A stretch of DNA of 62,571 nt, counting the filler, from Squatina squatina (Eukaryota), in assembly GCA_031763465.1 (NCBI GenBank). It is 3 parts of 3 records of this genome, joined end to end, with 100 filler letters (N's around TTAATTAATTAA, not from the genome) between each part and the next. Parts side by side here need not be neighbours in the genome. Positions count along the whole stretch, not along the records: positions 1 to 21,719 come from JARFOE010000013.1; positions 21,820 to 43,812 come from JARFOE010000192.1; 1 more part is not named here. One strand, 5' to 3'. The notes beneath the pieces were generated by a model. It was not told the DNA's origin. It ran no database searches and saw only the letters and a list, made by a program, of their open reading frames with translations. Made by a program: the position numbers and the translations under genes. Shown piece by piece: positions 13,471 to 27,149 of the stretch. Position 1 is the stretch's first letter. Each line of letters begins with the position of its first letter.

Positions 13471-16400
13471 GGTTGCAAGCCTTTTGTGGGGTGAGGAAGA
13501 CCTCCTGCCCCACAAAAATTAGTGCCCCATGTCTTTTGGAAGCATTTTTGGAGCGGCCTTTAAAAGCACACTTCGTCCAATGTTTCCTGAAAACTGCAAT
13601 GTGGTCATAACTGGCATTGGTGCCAGATTTAAATATTTTATTAAGGTGCTCGCTCGTTTCATCCAGCTACCTTGGCTACCCTTTCAAGGCACACTTAAAG
13701 TCGAGTCGGACAGGCCTTGGGTGGCCAGTGCATGGTAGTTTTTAAAAAAAAGAGATTTTCATCTCCCTATCGCCCTATTTTTCAGTTTAAATCGGGCAAT
13801 AGACAAAAAAAATCACCGCCTTGGTGTCCCGGTGTTGTGACATCGACTCACTATCTGATTCACGTGTGAAGGTGCAGTCATTACAGACTTTCTCATTTAC
13901 TTGTAGTCTCGATCATCCCTGGCAAGGAGCCCAGTTGTACGGTCCAGTAATAGGTCCACTTTTAAATGAGCCTCTGTAATCGATGTCCATGAATAGAATT
14001 AATGTGTTTATATATGGGCTCTAGATGGGTTTTAGACTGATCCTTATCAACATATTTGACTTAATGATCAGAATGAATTTGAAATTTATATTAGGATACA
14101 TAGTGATAATTTCCATTTTGGGTTTTTTCTTTTAAGACTCGTTCAAAAATCATGGTATTTATTTTGTTGTAATTTCAAAAAACACTGGAGCATTACACCA
14201 CAACAAACAGGTGGTGAATAAACAGTTATGCATATCCACATGCTTAATAATGCTCCCGAGAGTGGGCAGTCTAGACAAACATATCTCCAGCCTTCAAATA
14301 AGAAACGCAGCTACATGTCCATTAAAAAAGGCATATAGTCCAGTCTTTGGTACCTGCAATGACCTATAAAAGACTGACAACTATTTGACATTACTATGAC
14401 ATCTATATCAAAATCAAACCAATGAGCTAACAATGCACAAACTTAAAATTAATTAGCAAATGAAACCCTAGCAACTATGCATAAGTCCCCTTTTCTTTCT
14501 GTGTAGTGATTATCCAGTTAGAGGTTTTATTATTAATATTTAGAACATATATAATGGATGGAAACATTTTTGATGGTCAGTTTCAGTGGGATTATACTGA
14601 ATGGAACTTTAAATATGTAGTAAAAAGCAGAATGTGGGTAGTGCAGCTTCTCAATAAACTCTAATGAATTGTCTGGCAGGTTCATACTGCAAGAGATTTG
14701 TACTCAGCCACAATACAAACTTGATCAATGCAGTTCTCAAATATACATGTTGAGAAAAAAATGTAGGACACTGTTGCACCACCTCCATTATCACACACAG
14801 TACTCCTTATACACTAATGTAGTAAAATGTTTTGAAAGACATTTCAATCATAGTAACAATACCCTTTTGTCCTATTCTTAGCATTGGGATATCAGGATGA
14901 CTAAATCTACAATAGATGTAAATGCATGTTTTCAATGCATAATACTGGCATTTCCCAAATGATGTTCAATTTTCCCCCTTTATTCCCTGTCTATTTCAGC
15001 TCAACAGTTAAAGTGTCAGTTTTTTGTAAGCTACAGCTTTATTACAAGAGGCACTATCTCTCTCAAATGTAGTTTTGTATTCCCACTCCCTGTAATTTCT
15101 TTTCCCTTTTCTTCTCCTGCTTGGATATGGTTATATGGGTGCCAACAACCTCCAGCACCTCACTCAGGTTCCATTTTCATGTGTGAGCTCAGACACCGAA
15201 GGCAGGAATTTCCTGCATTTTGGCACAGGCTTTCTGGCAGTAATGCATTGGACAGGGATAAAAATCAATGGAATGAAAATTGGGTGGCTTCTATAATGGG
15301 CAGGCAGATTATTGCCCAGGCAGTGAAGACAAATAATCTATGCCAATGCTTTTACACAGATGATGATTAGAATGTGGAATTATTTGCCACAAACTCTTGA
15401 AGCCAAATCCATAATTACTTTTAAAAGGAAATTAGATTATTGTTTGAAAAACAGGAATATTGATGAGAAAGGGGTAAGGGGAATGGGTAGGAGAGTAAGG
15501 TTAGATGAGGCATCTTATGTGGAGAAAAACACACCAGCAAAATAGACGGTTTCTGTGCTGTTCTACAAATACATTCAATTCTACAAATACATTCAAGTTA
15601 TGGCCAAGCGATTCGTCTGTACAAATTTGAGGCAAATTACAAGATTTTTTTTTTCAGTGAGACAAGTTATTCACATATCATGGAAAAATCTGCTGTAATA
15701 CATTCATGATTACAGTAGAACCTTCATCATCCATGCCTCAATTATCTATCTTCCTAATAATCCGCCAAAGTTTTCACAGGATAAAGTCTTGTGTGAGAAG
15801 TTAAAACTACATCATTTTCTTTTATTATTTGTATTGTAATAATCATTTCTGCATCAAATTGTAAAACAAAATTTGGGATTCTTGATTACCCACCTGTTTT
15901 CATGATCTGCCAGGGACCCTCAAGTGGGTCCACTCTAAAGCATTTAATATGAAACCACTGAATTGCTACATCAGTGGTTTGCTAATGTTGCATAGGGAAT
16001 CTCTGCAAATACTGACTCACTCCCAGGGACTTCAAAAAAGCATTTTGCATTAGTGAACATAAAAATGTGCTGAGTTTATCAAACATTGGGATCCCTCCCC
16101 CAGAGGGTTAGGAAACTCCAGTTTGAAACCTATAATCGATATGGTGTTAAAAGAACTTTGCATTCTATTTAATTCTGAATGAAGTGTCACTTTTATCTTT
16201 CCAAGAAAATAAACAGCAAGTTAATAGAAAATGTTGGACAATCAGATTAAATGATGAAGTGTTTGAAGGACAGGGATTCAATGTCCTTGTCTCCTGCAAT
16301 GAATGCTTCCATCAGTCAGGAACAAGCTAAGCTCCTGACAGCTTTCACAGGTAGTTCCTGGAGTGACTCCTGGCAATCATGAACCTCTGCTCCAAATCAC

Positions 16401-16589
16401 TGCTGGAAATGTCACATTATAAGTTTTATTAGCAATGTTCAGTAGAACAACTTTATCATGCATCACTACATGTGCCATAGTGATGNNNNNNNNNNNNNNN
16501 NNNNNNNNNNNNNNNNNNNNNNNNNNNNNNNNNNNNNNNNNNNNNNNNNNNNNNNNNNNNNNNNNNNNNNNNNNNNNNNNNNNNNGAAA

Positions 16590-17585
16590 GCAGATTTGTG
16601 CTCCATGGAAAACAGATTGCTGGTCTGCTGTGAGACCCTGAAAGTGTGTCACAGTAGTTCCACGATGGCAGCAGTCTGAGTTGCATGAGAGAAGTCTAAT
16701 GAAAGAAATCTGAGCTTCCACTGCAGCACTCAGACTTGTGCTGCAATAGAAGCTGAGACATCGCCATTCAGACCCAGCATCATCTTGGGCCCACAAGTGC
16801 TCTAATGCAGTTGCCCATCATGTCCATCCTGGGAATCATCAGCTCCAGGCTCTGCGCAAAGCCCTGTCCAAGGTTGGAGCCGCACTTCTCCATCCTCCTT
16901 GACAGTGGCAACAGGCTCTTTAGCAGGCCTGCCAATGTGCCAAGCATTTCTGTGTGCACGCCCATTATCCTGTTTTTGAAGTCCTCATCTGAGTCCTCTG
17001 CAACAGAACTCGTGTGTGACTTCACCCTCCAGGGAGCTGGCACCTGCGTTACCCTTTGCCCCTGCCTTGGCTGCAGGCCACTCGTGCCCGGTGATTCATT
17101 ACATGCAGATCCCAACTCTATCCTGCCCTCTAAAGTACGCGCAGTGTCATTTTCTGAGCTGGTGCCTGTGAGTGCCAGATTGAGTGATGGTGTCTCTCCT
17201 TCTCCATCACTCTCCTCCTCTTGTGCTTCCTGAACAGGCTGGGCTGGTTTAGAGTTCTTGGCTATCTCAAAGGAGAAAGGCACAAGGTAGGGTTGTGATG
17301 AGGGGAGCGGGAGAAAGCAAGAAGTGCATGCTTACGTTATTAGCAGCTTCTAAGTGAAAAGAGATTGTAGAATGCAGGGGAAGTGGGATGTCAGAAGGAG
17401 GATTAGGTATGAGCATACTGTCATCATCAATGCTTTCAGCCTCACTGATCACCAGAGGCTCAGTGATATCCAGCACTGTCTCCTCCAACAGGGCCATGTC
17501 CTGCAGCTGTGCCTGTATCCCTGTCTGTTAGCTGCTGCTAGCGCCGGTTATGTACCACCTTGACCTGCACGAGAAAGGGAAGTGT
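16590..17585 (-). mobile_element. Harbinger (PIF) element remnant, Myb/SANT-partner ORF downstream exons
   Basis: gtgcag|GTC AAG GTG GTA CAT AAC CGG CGC gives KVVHNRR...LEETVLDI, followed by an acidic low-complexity exon. Stops and frameshifts are present. Confidence 0.6.
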
Positions 17586-17895
17586 NNNNNNNNNNNNNNN
17601 NNNNNNNNNNNNNNNNNNNNNNNNNNNNNNNNNNNNNNNNNNNNNNNNNNNNNNNNNNNNNNNNNNNNNNNNNNNNNNNNNNNNNTATTGGTCCAGAAAG
17701 CCATCCCGTATACAATCTCGGAATTCCTCCTCCACAGTGTTGTTACTAACTTGGTTCATGCACTCTAGATGTTCTGGGGATATGATGTGTGCTATTTCTT
17801 TCTTTAACCACATATAAACATATATATTTCTAACATTTCTTTCTTGATTACAAATGTTGTGAAATAAATAGCAACTCTGACAAATTGCCTTTCAG

Positions 17896-18086
17896 ATTCC
17901 AGGATTCTGCGAGTTTGGATATAATGCACAATTCACTGAAGTTAACCCTGTGATCTGCAGAGTGTTGGTTGGTTACAAGTCTGTGTATCGTATCTGCTTT
18001 GGAATGGGCACTTTCTTTCTGCTGTTAGCTCTGCTTATGATCAATGTGAGAAATAGCAAGGATCCCAGGGCCCTAGTACATAATGG
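17896..18086 (+). CDS. SERINC: Serine incorporator (SERINC1/3-like) internal exon
   Basis: ttcag|ATT...AAT GG|gtaag; 191 nt. Encodes [63 protein letters not shown], carrying the SERINC motifs IPGFCE, GYKxVYR and SKDPRAxxHNG. Confidence 0.95.
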
Positions 18087-18661
18087 GTAAGTTTTTTGTA
18101 AATTGTTTTTGAAAGAAATTCTGTGGCATAAACAAGTTTATAATCACTGCATTCATCTTAAAAAATATATATACTTTTAATGATAAGGACCAAGTTTAAA
18201 AAATCATGCTCTTGACAGAGACCCTTGCCTGCTTGTGGCACATACTGGAAATTGCAATTCTCGATCTGAGCTCATGGATGACGAGGCTCTATTCCAGGAG
18301 TGGGAATTGGTTTTTTAAAAAAGAAATCAGCCTATACTGCATTTTAATTAAGCTAGCTTTCTTCAAGACAATATGATGTATATCAGACTTTAAAACATTT
18401 GTATTTTAAAACTGTTTTTTTCATTCTTTACTCTTATGGATACCAAACAACTCTTAATATTAAAAAGCAAATTAATTTTGTATAAAATTAAAATATGTAT
18501 AAATTGTCTTTAAAGTAACACAATGGTTTCTTTGATTTTATTTAGAATGAAATGAAATTATAAAACATAGATAAAATCTTTCAGGCTGCATAAGAAGGAA
18601 TACAGTAGATACTATAGAGAAATTTAAGACTTACGGTGCCATTAACATTCTCTTTTCAAAG

Positions 18662-18741
18662 CTTCTGGTTATTCAAGTTTGGAGCACTTGTAGCAATAAT
18701 GGTCGGTGTATTTTATATCCCCGAAGGACACTTCAGCCGAG
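18662..18741 (+). CDS. SERINC: SERINC1/3-like next exon
   Basis: caaag|C TTC TGG...CGA G|gtaagt; phase 2 start is compatible with the preceding exon. Encodes (G)FWLFKFGALVAIMVGVFYIPEGHFSR. Confidence 0.93.
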
Positions 18742-20265
18742 GTAAGTGAGAAATTGGCAGCGTTGCCCACTTTAAGTGGACTTAAAAGGACNNNNNNNNN
18801 NTTTTAAACACCTTTACATTCATTATTTGAAATCAAAGCATGCTGCTAGAACTAATGTTACAATGTGCCAATAACTCTCTGTCGGAACGTTACAAATCAA
18901 TAAGTAACTTACAATATAGGTTATGATTGCACTTCTAAGAAATATTTATGTTTCGCAAAGGTGACATCATAATGGAAAACAGACCGTACTTTGACAAAAG
19001 CATTTTGTAATGACATCAAATCAAATAATGTTTAATATTTGTACTTAATTTTTATCATTTTAATTACTTATATGTGGCAGAAATAGAAAATATGATTCAG
19101 AGCTATGCTACTCAATTTATAATCATTTAATTTGTCATCCTAACTCACAATTTTGTATTTGGCCAACCCAATCATGGGATAGAAATTGCATCCCACAGCT
19201 CCTCAGTATGTATTGTTTATTAACTTACAGGCTTTCAATTTGCCAGAAAGCCATATGTAACAACCATACTATAAAATTTAAAAAACAGCTTATTGATAAA
19301 CATCTATTCCCCACAATTGCTCATGGGTTTTGCTGATCTTCAGCCGTACTTCCAGTAGGAGACCGACAGAATCCCCAGGAAAATGGCAGAGTCCTGGTCT
19401 CTGCTTATTCCAGGAGTTTGCCAGTTGCCTTTTAAAGGGCAAAGCCTCCATCTATCTCTTACAAATGACAGTCAGTGGCTGGAGTCAGGGCAGGGATTTC
19501 TTACCCTTGGAGTTCTTGTTCCTTAGGTTGGACGGGGCCCAAGCATATCAGTGGAGTTCGGTACACTGAGTGTGATGTTGTGTATTGGTTTCCACAAGTG
19601 TGGAAGTGGGGCCCCACCAATGAGATATAGGCAACTGGCCTGGACCTCCAAAGATGAGACTTAAAAAAAAATCTCTTACAGATTAGTGCCCTTGCTCAGG
19701 ATGCTGAGGGAACCATGGCTGGGTCGGGGAGCTGGGCAACCCCCAAGATGGGCAGGCACTGGAGTTACCTTTCTTGGGAAGGTGGATGCTAGAATTGTGC
19801 CAGAAGTGGTGCCTGTGACATGTATTCCTTTGAAATAAAATGCCCTCACGCTGACTGTTGGGATTGCAAACTGAGGAATCTCAGGGCCCTAGTATAGAAG
19901 TCCAGTACCAGTACATCAGAACATTAGAATTCTGAAAATCTGCAAGGGTGATAAATTCTGGTGTGAGTACTGAGTGCACCACGTGGGATCTCTTCTCATC
20001 CTGCTGAAGTTTGTGGGATCAAGGATTAGTCCCATTATACATGCCAGTAGCAGGCACCTGTGTAAAATGGCTGAATCTAGAATGCCCTCATTTGTAAATT
20101 GCCNNNNNNNNNNNNNNNNNNNNNNNNNNNNNNNNNNNNNNNNNNNNNNNNNNNNNNNNNNNNNNNNNNNNNNNNNNNNNNNNNNNNNNNNNNNNNNNNN
20201 NNNCATATTCTAGAAGGTTTAAGGTAGTTGATGGTAGCTTTCTTGCATTCCATATACAGTCATAG

Positions 20266-20413
20266 TCCTGATTTTAAAAGTGTATCAAGCAGTTGGATTG
20301 CGGTATGGATGAAGATTGCCTCCAGCTGGGTCTGCAGTTCCCTTTACATCTGGACACTTTTGGCTCCTCTGGTTCTTTCCAAGCAAGATGATTTTGAAGA
20401 ACACACAAACTAA
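20266..20413 (+). CDS. SERINC: SERINC1/3-like last coding exon
   Basis: catag|T CCT GAT (an in-frame alternative acceptor gives a start at 20260). Encodes PDFKSVSSSWIAVWMKIASSWVCSSLYIWTLLAPLVLSKQDDFEEHTN*, the SERINC C-terminal WxAVWxKIxSSW...LYxWTLxAP motif. Confidence 0.93.
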
Positions 20414-21719
20414 GAATGAAGTGAAGTGGGAGATAACAGCATGGGAAAGGAGTTTATTTTCTCACCCCTGAGATACTTCCTGAACCATATCTTCATAACT
20501 AACAATTTTACACTAATCTAAATGAAATGTGCATTTTCAATCTGTTATTAATTGTTGTGGCCAAAGAATTTGTGTCAGTTGTTAACGGAAAATAATTGCA
20601 GGAACTAATAATTTAACCATGGGTAACCAGCTGGTTGGACAGCTGACAAACCATGTGATCCTCAATTGTGAGGACTAAACATTCAGTCATTTGTGAGATA
20701 GCAATATACCAGCATTGGCATATACAGTTGGAAAGATCATTCTAAGAGAATACAAAAAATTATAAACCAAGCACAGAAATTGTGAAAACGATTAATAGAT
20801 TGATAATCGTACTTAGTCATTATGGCCATTACTCGTTCTGAGGTTCTTATTACCAACCCTAGCTTTGCTCAGGTCTGTAATAATCCCTTCAGGGTCTGTA
20901 ATAACCATAATCCCTCCTGAAATGATGATGTTATCCAATATAGAATGCAATAAAATATAAAGATGATTATTACTCATTCCAATGCTCTTAGATCATTGAA
21001 TAGCAATATTATTATAGCTTGCTCATTATTCCATGTCATTATCATAAAGATACTTGAATTTAACTATAAGTATTGTTGAACAAAAAATCAATAAAGTCTG
21101 TTAATAATGACCTATAAATTCAAAGTTGACAGATGCAATTGTGAGTTTCAACACTGGTACATGTATTGTTAATCGCCATAATCAGAATATATTTCTAACT
21201 TCTACCTTGAGTAGGATCAGCGGTGAAAGTCCAAATTAGGAATGCTTGTGATTTTTGTGTATAATGTTGTCCAGCTCTCAGTATATCCACGGAAGTATAT
21301 CGTAGCAAGAACATTATAAGCATTATTTACTAAACCCTGTTGCTTATTGTATGTTCTAGGAAAGTAGAACATTGGAGTTGATATTGTTGCAACTGCATTG
21401 GAATGTCGAGTAGCAAACTGCAGAGCTTACATAGCAAAAGATTCTCTTACAGCACAACATAGAGAGCAGGTGCGCAATAACTTATCTGCCAATAGTGCTT
21501 TTCATTTATAATTGATTCTCAGGATGTGGGTGTCACTGGCAGGGGCAGTATTTATTGTTCATCCCTAGTCGTCCTGAGAAGATGATGGGCTTTCTTCTTG
21601 AATTGTTTTGACCCAGCAACAATTAAGGAACGGTGACATATGTCCAAGTCAGCATGGTGTGTGACTTGGAGGGGAATTTGGAGGTGTTGGTGTTCCTATG
21701 CACCTGCTACCCTTGTCAT

Positions 21720-21819
21720 NNNNNNNNNNNNNNNNNNNNNNNNNNNNNNNNNNNNNNNNNNNNTTAATTAATTAANNNNNNNNNNNNNNNNNNNNNNNNN
21801 NNNNNNNNNNNNNNNNNNN
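21720..21819. other. Artificial scaffold linker
   Basis: 44 N + TTAATTAATTAA (stops in all six frames) + 44 N. Confidence 0.95.
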
Positions 21820-22405
21820 TGCTTGCCAGCACAAATGCCTTGGATGACAGCAATTCAGTGCAAAACTTGAAGAAAATTGGAAGCTCTCTAGAAAATGTGG
21901 ACATAGAAGTGATGTCGTCAACAAAATTGACCATAAGTCATTTTCAATATTAGAAAAAGTTTTACAATATTTGGCACACCTCTGCTGAAATTCAACTGCC
22001 CATTCTAAATAACGTATCTTAGTTCAGGTTTTCTTCAAATATAGCACAATTTATCTATACTCAATCAATACAGGCAAAAAATAACTGTCCCTGCTTGGTT
22101 TCAGCATCATTGGTCAAACTTCAGTTTTAAGTGTATATTTTACTGTCCAATCAAAGGGAAGTGAAGTAGATTCTGCAAGTCTGATGCTTCACAGATCAGA
22201 CACATCCTTTGGAAGGGACTGCGCCAGTCATTTTTCAAAGAAAAAAAAATAGCAACCTGTCTTTAATAAAAAATAACTGGAACTACAATCTTAGAATCAT
22301 TTCTATTCAAATAACTTGATTGTTAGAGACATTTACTTTCTAAATGTGGGCAAGGTTACTAGTGAAACTCTTGCCTTCCCACATTTCCATTGAACAGGAC
22401 AGTAC

Positions 22406-22535
22406 CTTGAAACATGCGAAAATGCATCCACCAAAACTGGAGCAAAGTCCTTGGTAAATTCAGGTCCCTTTTTCTTACTGTTCTGGATCACATCATTGGC
22501 CAGATAAAGGAAGGTCAGTTTTCTGCTTGGTTTAG
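22406..22535 (-). CDS. RPRD1A: Regulation of nuclear pre-mRNA domain protein 1A, CID-domain exon
   Basis: cacag|CT AAA...TCA AG|gtactg; 130 nt. Encodes AKPSRKLTFLYLANDVIQNSKKKGPEFTKDFAPVLVDAFSHVS. TKDFAPV favours RPRD1A over RPRD1B (TREFESV). Confidence 0.88.
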
Positions 22536-22785
22536 CTGTGAACAAAAAGTGGAGAAAGAAAAGTTAGGCGTTCTAATGCTATTTTATGGCTTATACTGCT
22601 GAATGTCTTTATTTTCTGGTGAGAAGCTATAATGAATAAACACACAATACGCAAAACAAAGAAATGAACAAAGTGTGCCAGCAGTNNNNNNNNNNNNNNN
22701 NNNNNNNNNNNNNNNNNNNNNNNNNNNNNNNNNNNNNNNNNNNNNNNNNNNNNNNNNNNNNNNNNNNNNNNNNNNNNNNNNNNNN

Positions 22786-22922
22786 CAGTCAATTTTCCGG
22801 TCTCACTCGCTGGAAACCGGGACATTTGAGCAATTTGAAGGTAAGTGTCGGGACACCGGGACATTTAATTTAAAAAAAAAACCTGAACTGTCCTGGCAAA
22901 AGCAGGATGCCTGGTCACCCTA
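22786..22922. mobile_element. hAT (Blackjack-like) MITE end
   Basis: Repeated cgggaca motifs and the terminus tggtcacccta (TIR TAGGGTGACCA). Confidence 0.65.
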
Positions 22923-24599
22923 CGCCTAAAGCTGCAAAGGCAAATGGCAGTCAGTCCCAGAATCAATCAGGCCTGCATCTACATGTGTGTTTCTGGCCCT
23001 GTTCTTAATACCGAGGCCCTGCCCTCTTTTTAAGTACCTGGGTGTCTGAAGCTATCTCATTGGTTAGTGGGCAGCAAGTCAGCCCTCCTGACATTAACCA
23101 AAGTCTCTTTTTTTTTCCTCCCCCACCCCACTTCTCCACAGGGACTGGTAACAAATCTTACTTTGGCTTCAAAGATCCTGACTGACTGGACCATCTATTC
23201 ACTAAACATTGATGAAGCTGTGAAAAGTGGCTACTTAAATAAACTCCAGAAACTTGAGAGGCTCACTGCTCCAGCCGAGGTTAATGTGCCGGCCTTTTAT
23301 TTAGGTGCCTTTATGATTCCAAGTGGAATTCCCGACCTGCCTCAAGATACATACCTTAAATTTCCTGGATGGTCCAAGGTAGGTACAAGATTTGAATTAA
23401 ATCTCAGTAAAAGCAGGGAGCATGGCGTCAGCTTTATTCAGTAATGAACTAAAACAGGGAAGAGTCTGTAATATAATCATGCGTTACAACATTTGTCCCA
23501 TCAGTTCATCGATCCAGTTATCGTCAGTCACTAACTTAACTGCATTGCCTTCAGCATCTTGCACTGTTGTTTAATACCCAGGCAATACAAAAATCAAAAT
23601 TCTCAAGACTTTGCCCATGAAAATTAATCAGCCATCATATGACTGCAGTATTTTTGTTGGATTTTGTACCCTTATCGAATCGAAAATTCTTCTTTTGGTG
23701 AGAAATTGGCAGACATCATTCTCCATTAGATTGTGGAAAAGATCTGCCTGCTTTCTAAGTAGAATGTGGAATTGCCTATCTCCTNNNNNNNNNNNNNNNN
23801 NNNNNNNNNNNNNNNNNNNNNNNNNNNNNNNNNNNNNNNNNNNNNNNNNNNNNNNNNNNNNNNNNNNNNNNNNNNNNNNNNNNNGTGGCGCCGTTTTTTT
23901 TTTCTGTTCAGCTGTCTATTAACTGTTCCCGATGATATGCCAATGCTATTTTTTCTGGTTTTACGTACTTAACACACTCCTTCTCTCCCTTCTTTTGGAG
24001 AGTCCCCTACACAGTCTTAGCAACGATTACGTGTGGTCGACCAAGTCTCCCCAGTCCATGAACCGAGGCCTGTACAGCTCCCAAATCTGTGATCCCACTT
24101 CTGACAGCACTTTAAGATTTGGAGCACAGACCACACACAGATTACACAAAATGAACATAGATCCACCCCAGAGGTTGAGCTTGACCAAAGTGTTAGGCTA
24201 AAGCTAGCACGTATCCACCCCGGGGAAGCCCTCCCCACAGCTGCCTGTTTCTCTCTCTCGATTGCCCGTTTATATACCTTATGGTGGATACCTTACGTCA
24301 AACATTTTTTATCCATTCAATTTTCTAGTTTCAAGGGAGCAGGTAGCTACGAGCTCTTGTCCTACCTTATCTTTATCTGAATGTCTTGCTGCCATTTCAA
24401 GAGACAGCTTGTTTACTGAACAAATTGTCGGCATAGCGATACAGTGACAGTTTTTGTGTCCTGACCTCACAACTCAGCTCTCTGTACAACTCTTTTCCTG
24501 TCATGACTGGAATCCTTCTGTTTTTCAGCTTAGGAAAACTGTTGAGCTAGGGAACCCGTAACAAACTATTATTTCTTCCAATCCACTATTTCTTAAAAA

Positions 24600-24940
24600 C
24601 CCCTTTAAATTTGTACCATTTTTTAATTCTCCTCTCCTCATTCTTCCAAATGCATCACTTCACATTTCTCTACATTATATTTCATCTGCCCTGTGTCTGC
24701 CAATGTCACCAGTCTGTCTATGTCCTCCTGAGTCTGCTACTATCCTCTGCACTGTCTACAACATTTCTGAATTTTGTGTCATCTGCAAACTTTGAAATTA
24801 TGCCCCCTATACCCAAGTCCAGATCATTAATGTATATGAAAAAGAGCAGTAGTGTTAATACTGACACTTGGGGGACTCCCTGTATATGTCTCTCCAGCCT
24901 GAAAAATAACTGTTCACCACTACTGTCTGCTTTCTGTTTC
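24600..24940 (-). mobile_element. CR1 LINE RT fragment
   Basis: Minus strand reads YINDLDLG...ISKFADDTK (plus strand tttgtgtcatctgcaaactttga). Confidence 0.85.
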
Positions 24941-26009
24941 TTAGACTCTATCAGAAAAGGCTGGAGTGGTAATCCTCTCTATGCCTAGCAGTACAAGAAG
25001 GCTCGTTAACCCTAAGGCTTTGTATCCCAATGCCTAAGATTGAGTTCAGTTCATAATGAGGTGCAGAACTGCCTGTGGTAGCTGCCTTTTATGGTGGGCG
25101 CAAATAAGGAGTGTTGGGNNNNNNNNNNNNNNNNNNNNNNNNNNNNNNNNNNNNNNNNNNNNNNNNNNNNNNNNNNNNNNNNNNNNNNNNNNNNNNNNNN
25201 NNNNNNNNNNNNNNNNNNGATCAAACTTTAGCTGTGCAAGAATAATGGATAGCCCCATTCGACGACCACTCACAACCTGCATTAATTTCAACTGTACTAA
25301 CAAACTTGATCCAACTGTCTTTTACCAGAAAACTCCCAAGAGGATATATCCCCATGCTGAGAAGTTCCAGCAGGAAATTTCAAGGCACACTTTGAAAAAT
25401 TCCTGGACTTAAATCTTGATGTCTGAAAGTTAAAGCGGGTGGAATAAATATCTACTCACCAGCTGTAAATGATGTACCTCGCAAGTAGGTTAAGGATCAA
25501 AACCAACATAAAGGATAAAGGTTGTGACTCTGCTGAGTAATAGGTAGTGGGGCTGTGCCAAAGCAATCAGATATTCAGATACCATCTTTGTTTGTTTTCC
25601 AGCCTAATTTTACACAGCGAGGTACTGCCAGCTGTCAGATATAAGCCGCCATATTCCCTTTCTCATGACACACCAGATACAATAGATTTGTCTCGAAAGT
25701 ATTTCAGACTAACATACACTTCCCATTGTACGTAGCCTACCTAGATTTCTCTTCATCAGTTAATGCATGTCCTGCTTTGCGAGGGGGAGAGATAGATAGA
25801 GAGNNNNNNNNNNNNNNNNNNNNNNNNNNNNNNNNNNNNNNNNNNNNNNNNNNNNNNNNNNNNNNNNNNNNNNNNNNNNNNNNNNNNNNNNNNNNNNNNN
25901 NNNGAGAAATGTTGGATCAGCCATGATCCAATTGAATGGCGGAGCGGGCTCGACGGGCCAAATGGCCTACTCCTGCTCCTGCTTCTTATGGTCTTATGGT
26001 TTTATGAAT

Positions 26010-26255
26010 CATTTGTGAAGGCACCAACCACTTCGAGCTTCTCTGGAGGGAATACATGGAGGCCAAGCACAGGCAATGGAAGGAGCGCGCGGGAATCCAA
26101 GCCTCCCAACCACTCGCCCCATCAAATACCACCTGCCGCACCTGTGGTAGAGTTTGCGGATCCCGTATAGAACTATTTAATCACCTCAGAACCCACAACT
26201 CTAGAGTGGAAACAAGTCATCCTCGACCTCGAGGGACTGCCTAAGAAGAAGAAGG
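26010..26255 (+). mobile_element. RTE/BovB-like LINE 3' end
   Basis: C-terminal CRTCGRVCGSRIELFNHLRTH (C2H2) followed by gtcatcctcgac..gagggactgcct and an (aag)n tail. Confidence 0.7.
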
Positions 26256-27149
26256 CATTCCCACTCATCTTCAGCTCACCAACATTATTGACCACACTTT
26301 CGTGCATTTGCACACAAGCACTCCAAACTTAACTTGGACCTCTTTGTATTTTCCATGGTCCCACCTAATTCTGTACTCTTTCCAACCACAACTGTGAGCA
26401 CCTCCAAATATGGCAGCCTTTCCGAGAGATGATACAACTCTGTGTAGGGCTTTGCGTAAGTGAAGTCTTACCCACTAACTGAAATGGCGTGTTGTTCAAT
26501 AGCATCCTGTCGAGCAGATCACTCTTGCTGTTTGGCTTAACTTGGTGCTACACTACCTCCACCTCCTGCTGCTATCACCACTAATTTGTAAAAAAGGTAG
26601 AAGGGGAGACCAAGCATGCAGGTTTAATCAATTCCCTATGTGGATGATGGCCTTAATCATAATATGAAAATAACAGTGGAACAGAGTGGTTTCTACTGTA
26701 GCAGCAGTTCAACGAGATGTAATTAAATATGTAATACCACTGGTCTTGACCTCTCTCTATTCAACCTGCTGCATCAAGCAGAGATTTCATTGCTACATCT
26801 AGCATGGTAAAGAGACCTGTCAAAGGAGGATATTTTGTCAGTGATCTTTAGTGCTCCACATTGCCTGCATGAATAAACTCATCCACGGTGGTGGATGTTT
26901 AAATGTCACGAGGATGGAAAGAAGGCAGTTCGAATATTGCGGGTAAATCACTTTATTTATACAATGTGTGTGGTGAACAATGTGATGGAATATATATTCT
27001 TGATATGAAGCGTTACTTTGATATTTCAAGTATTGAATTGGTTCCATTTACATGAGATGGCAAGCAAGCCAGAAATGAATTCTCATTCAGCAGCTGAAGA
27101 AAAGGTCACCCGGTCTTGTATCCTATTTTCGTTCTGGAGACTGTCATCC

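Noticed and set aside
11977-16485. Expected PKIA coding exons
   Set aside because: I searched for the GRTGRRNA motif on the minus strand and did not find it; the exons may lie in gaps.
16780-17283. 167-aa acidic ORF as a host gene
   Set aside because: Part of a decayed Harbinger Myb-partner gene; the adjacent exon has stops and frameshifts.
21764-21775. TTAATTAATTAA palindrome (also 43857-43868)
   Set aside because: Synthetic linker centred in 44-N flanks.
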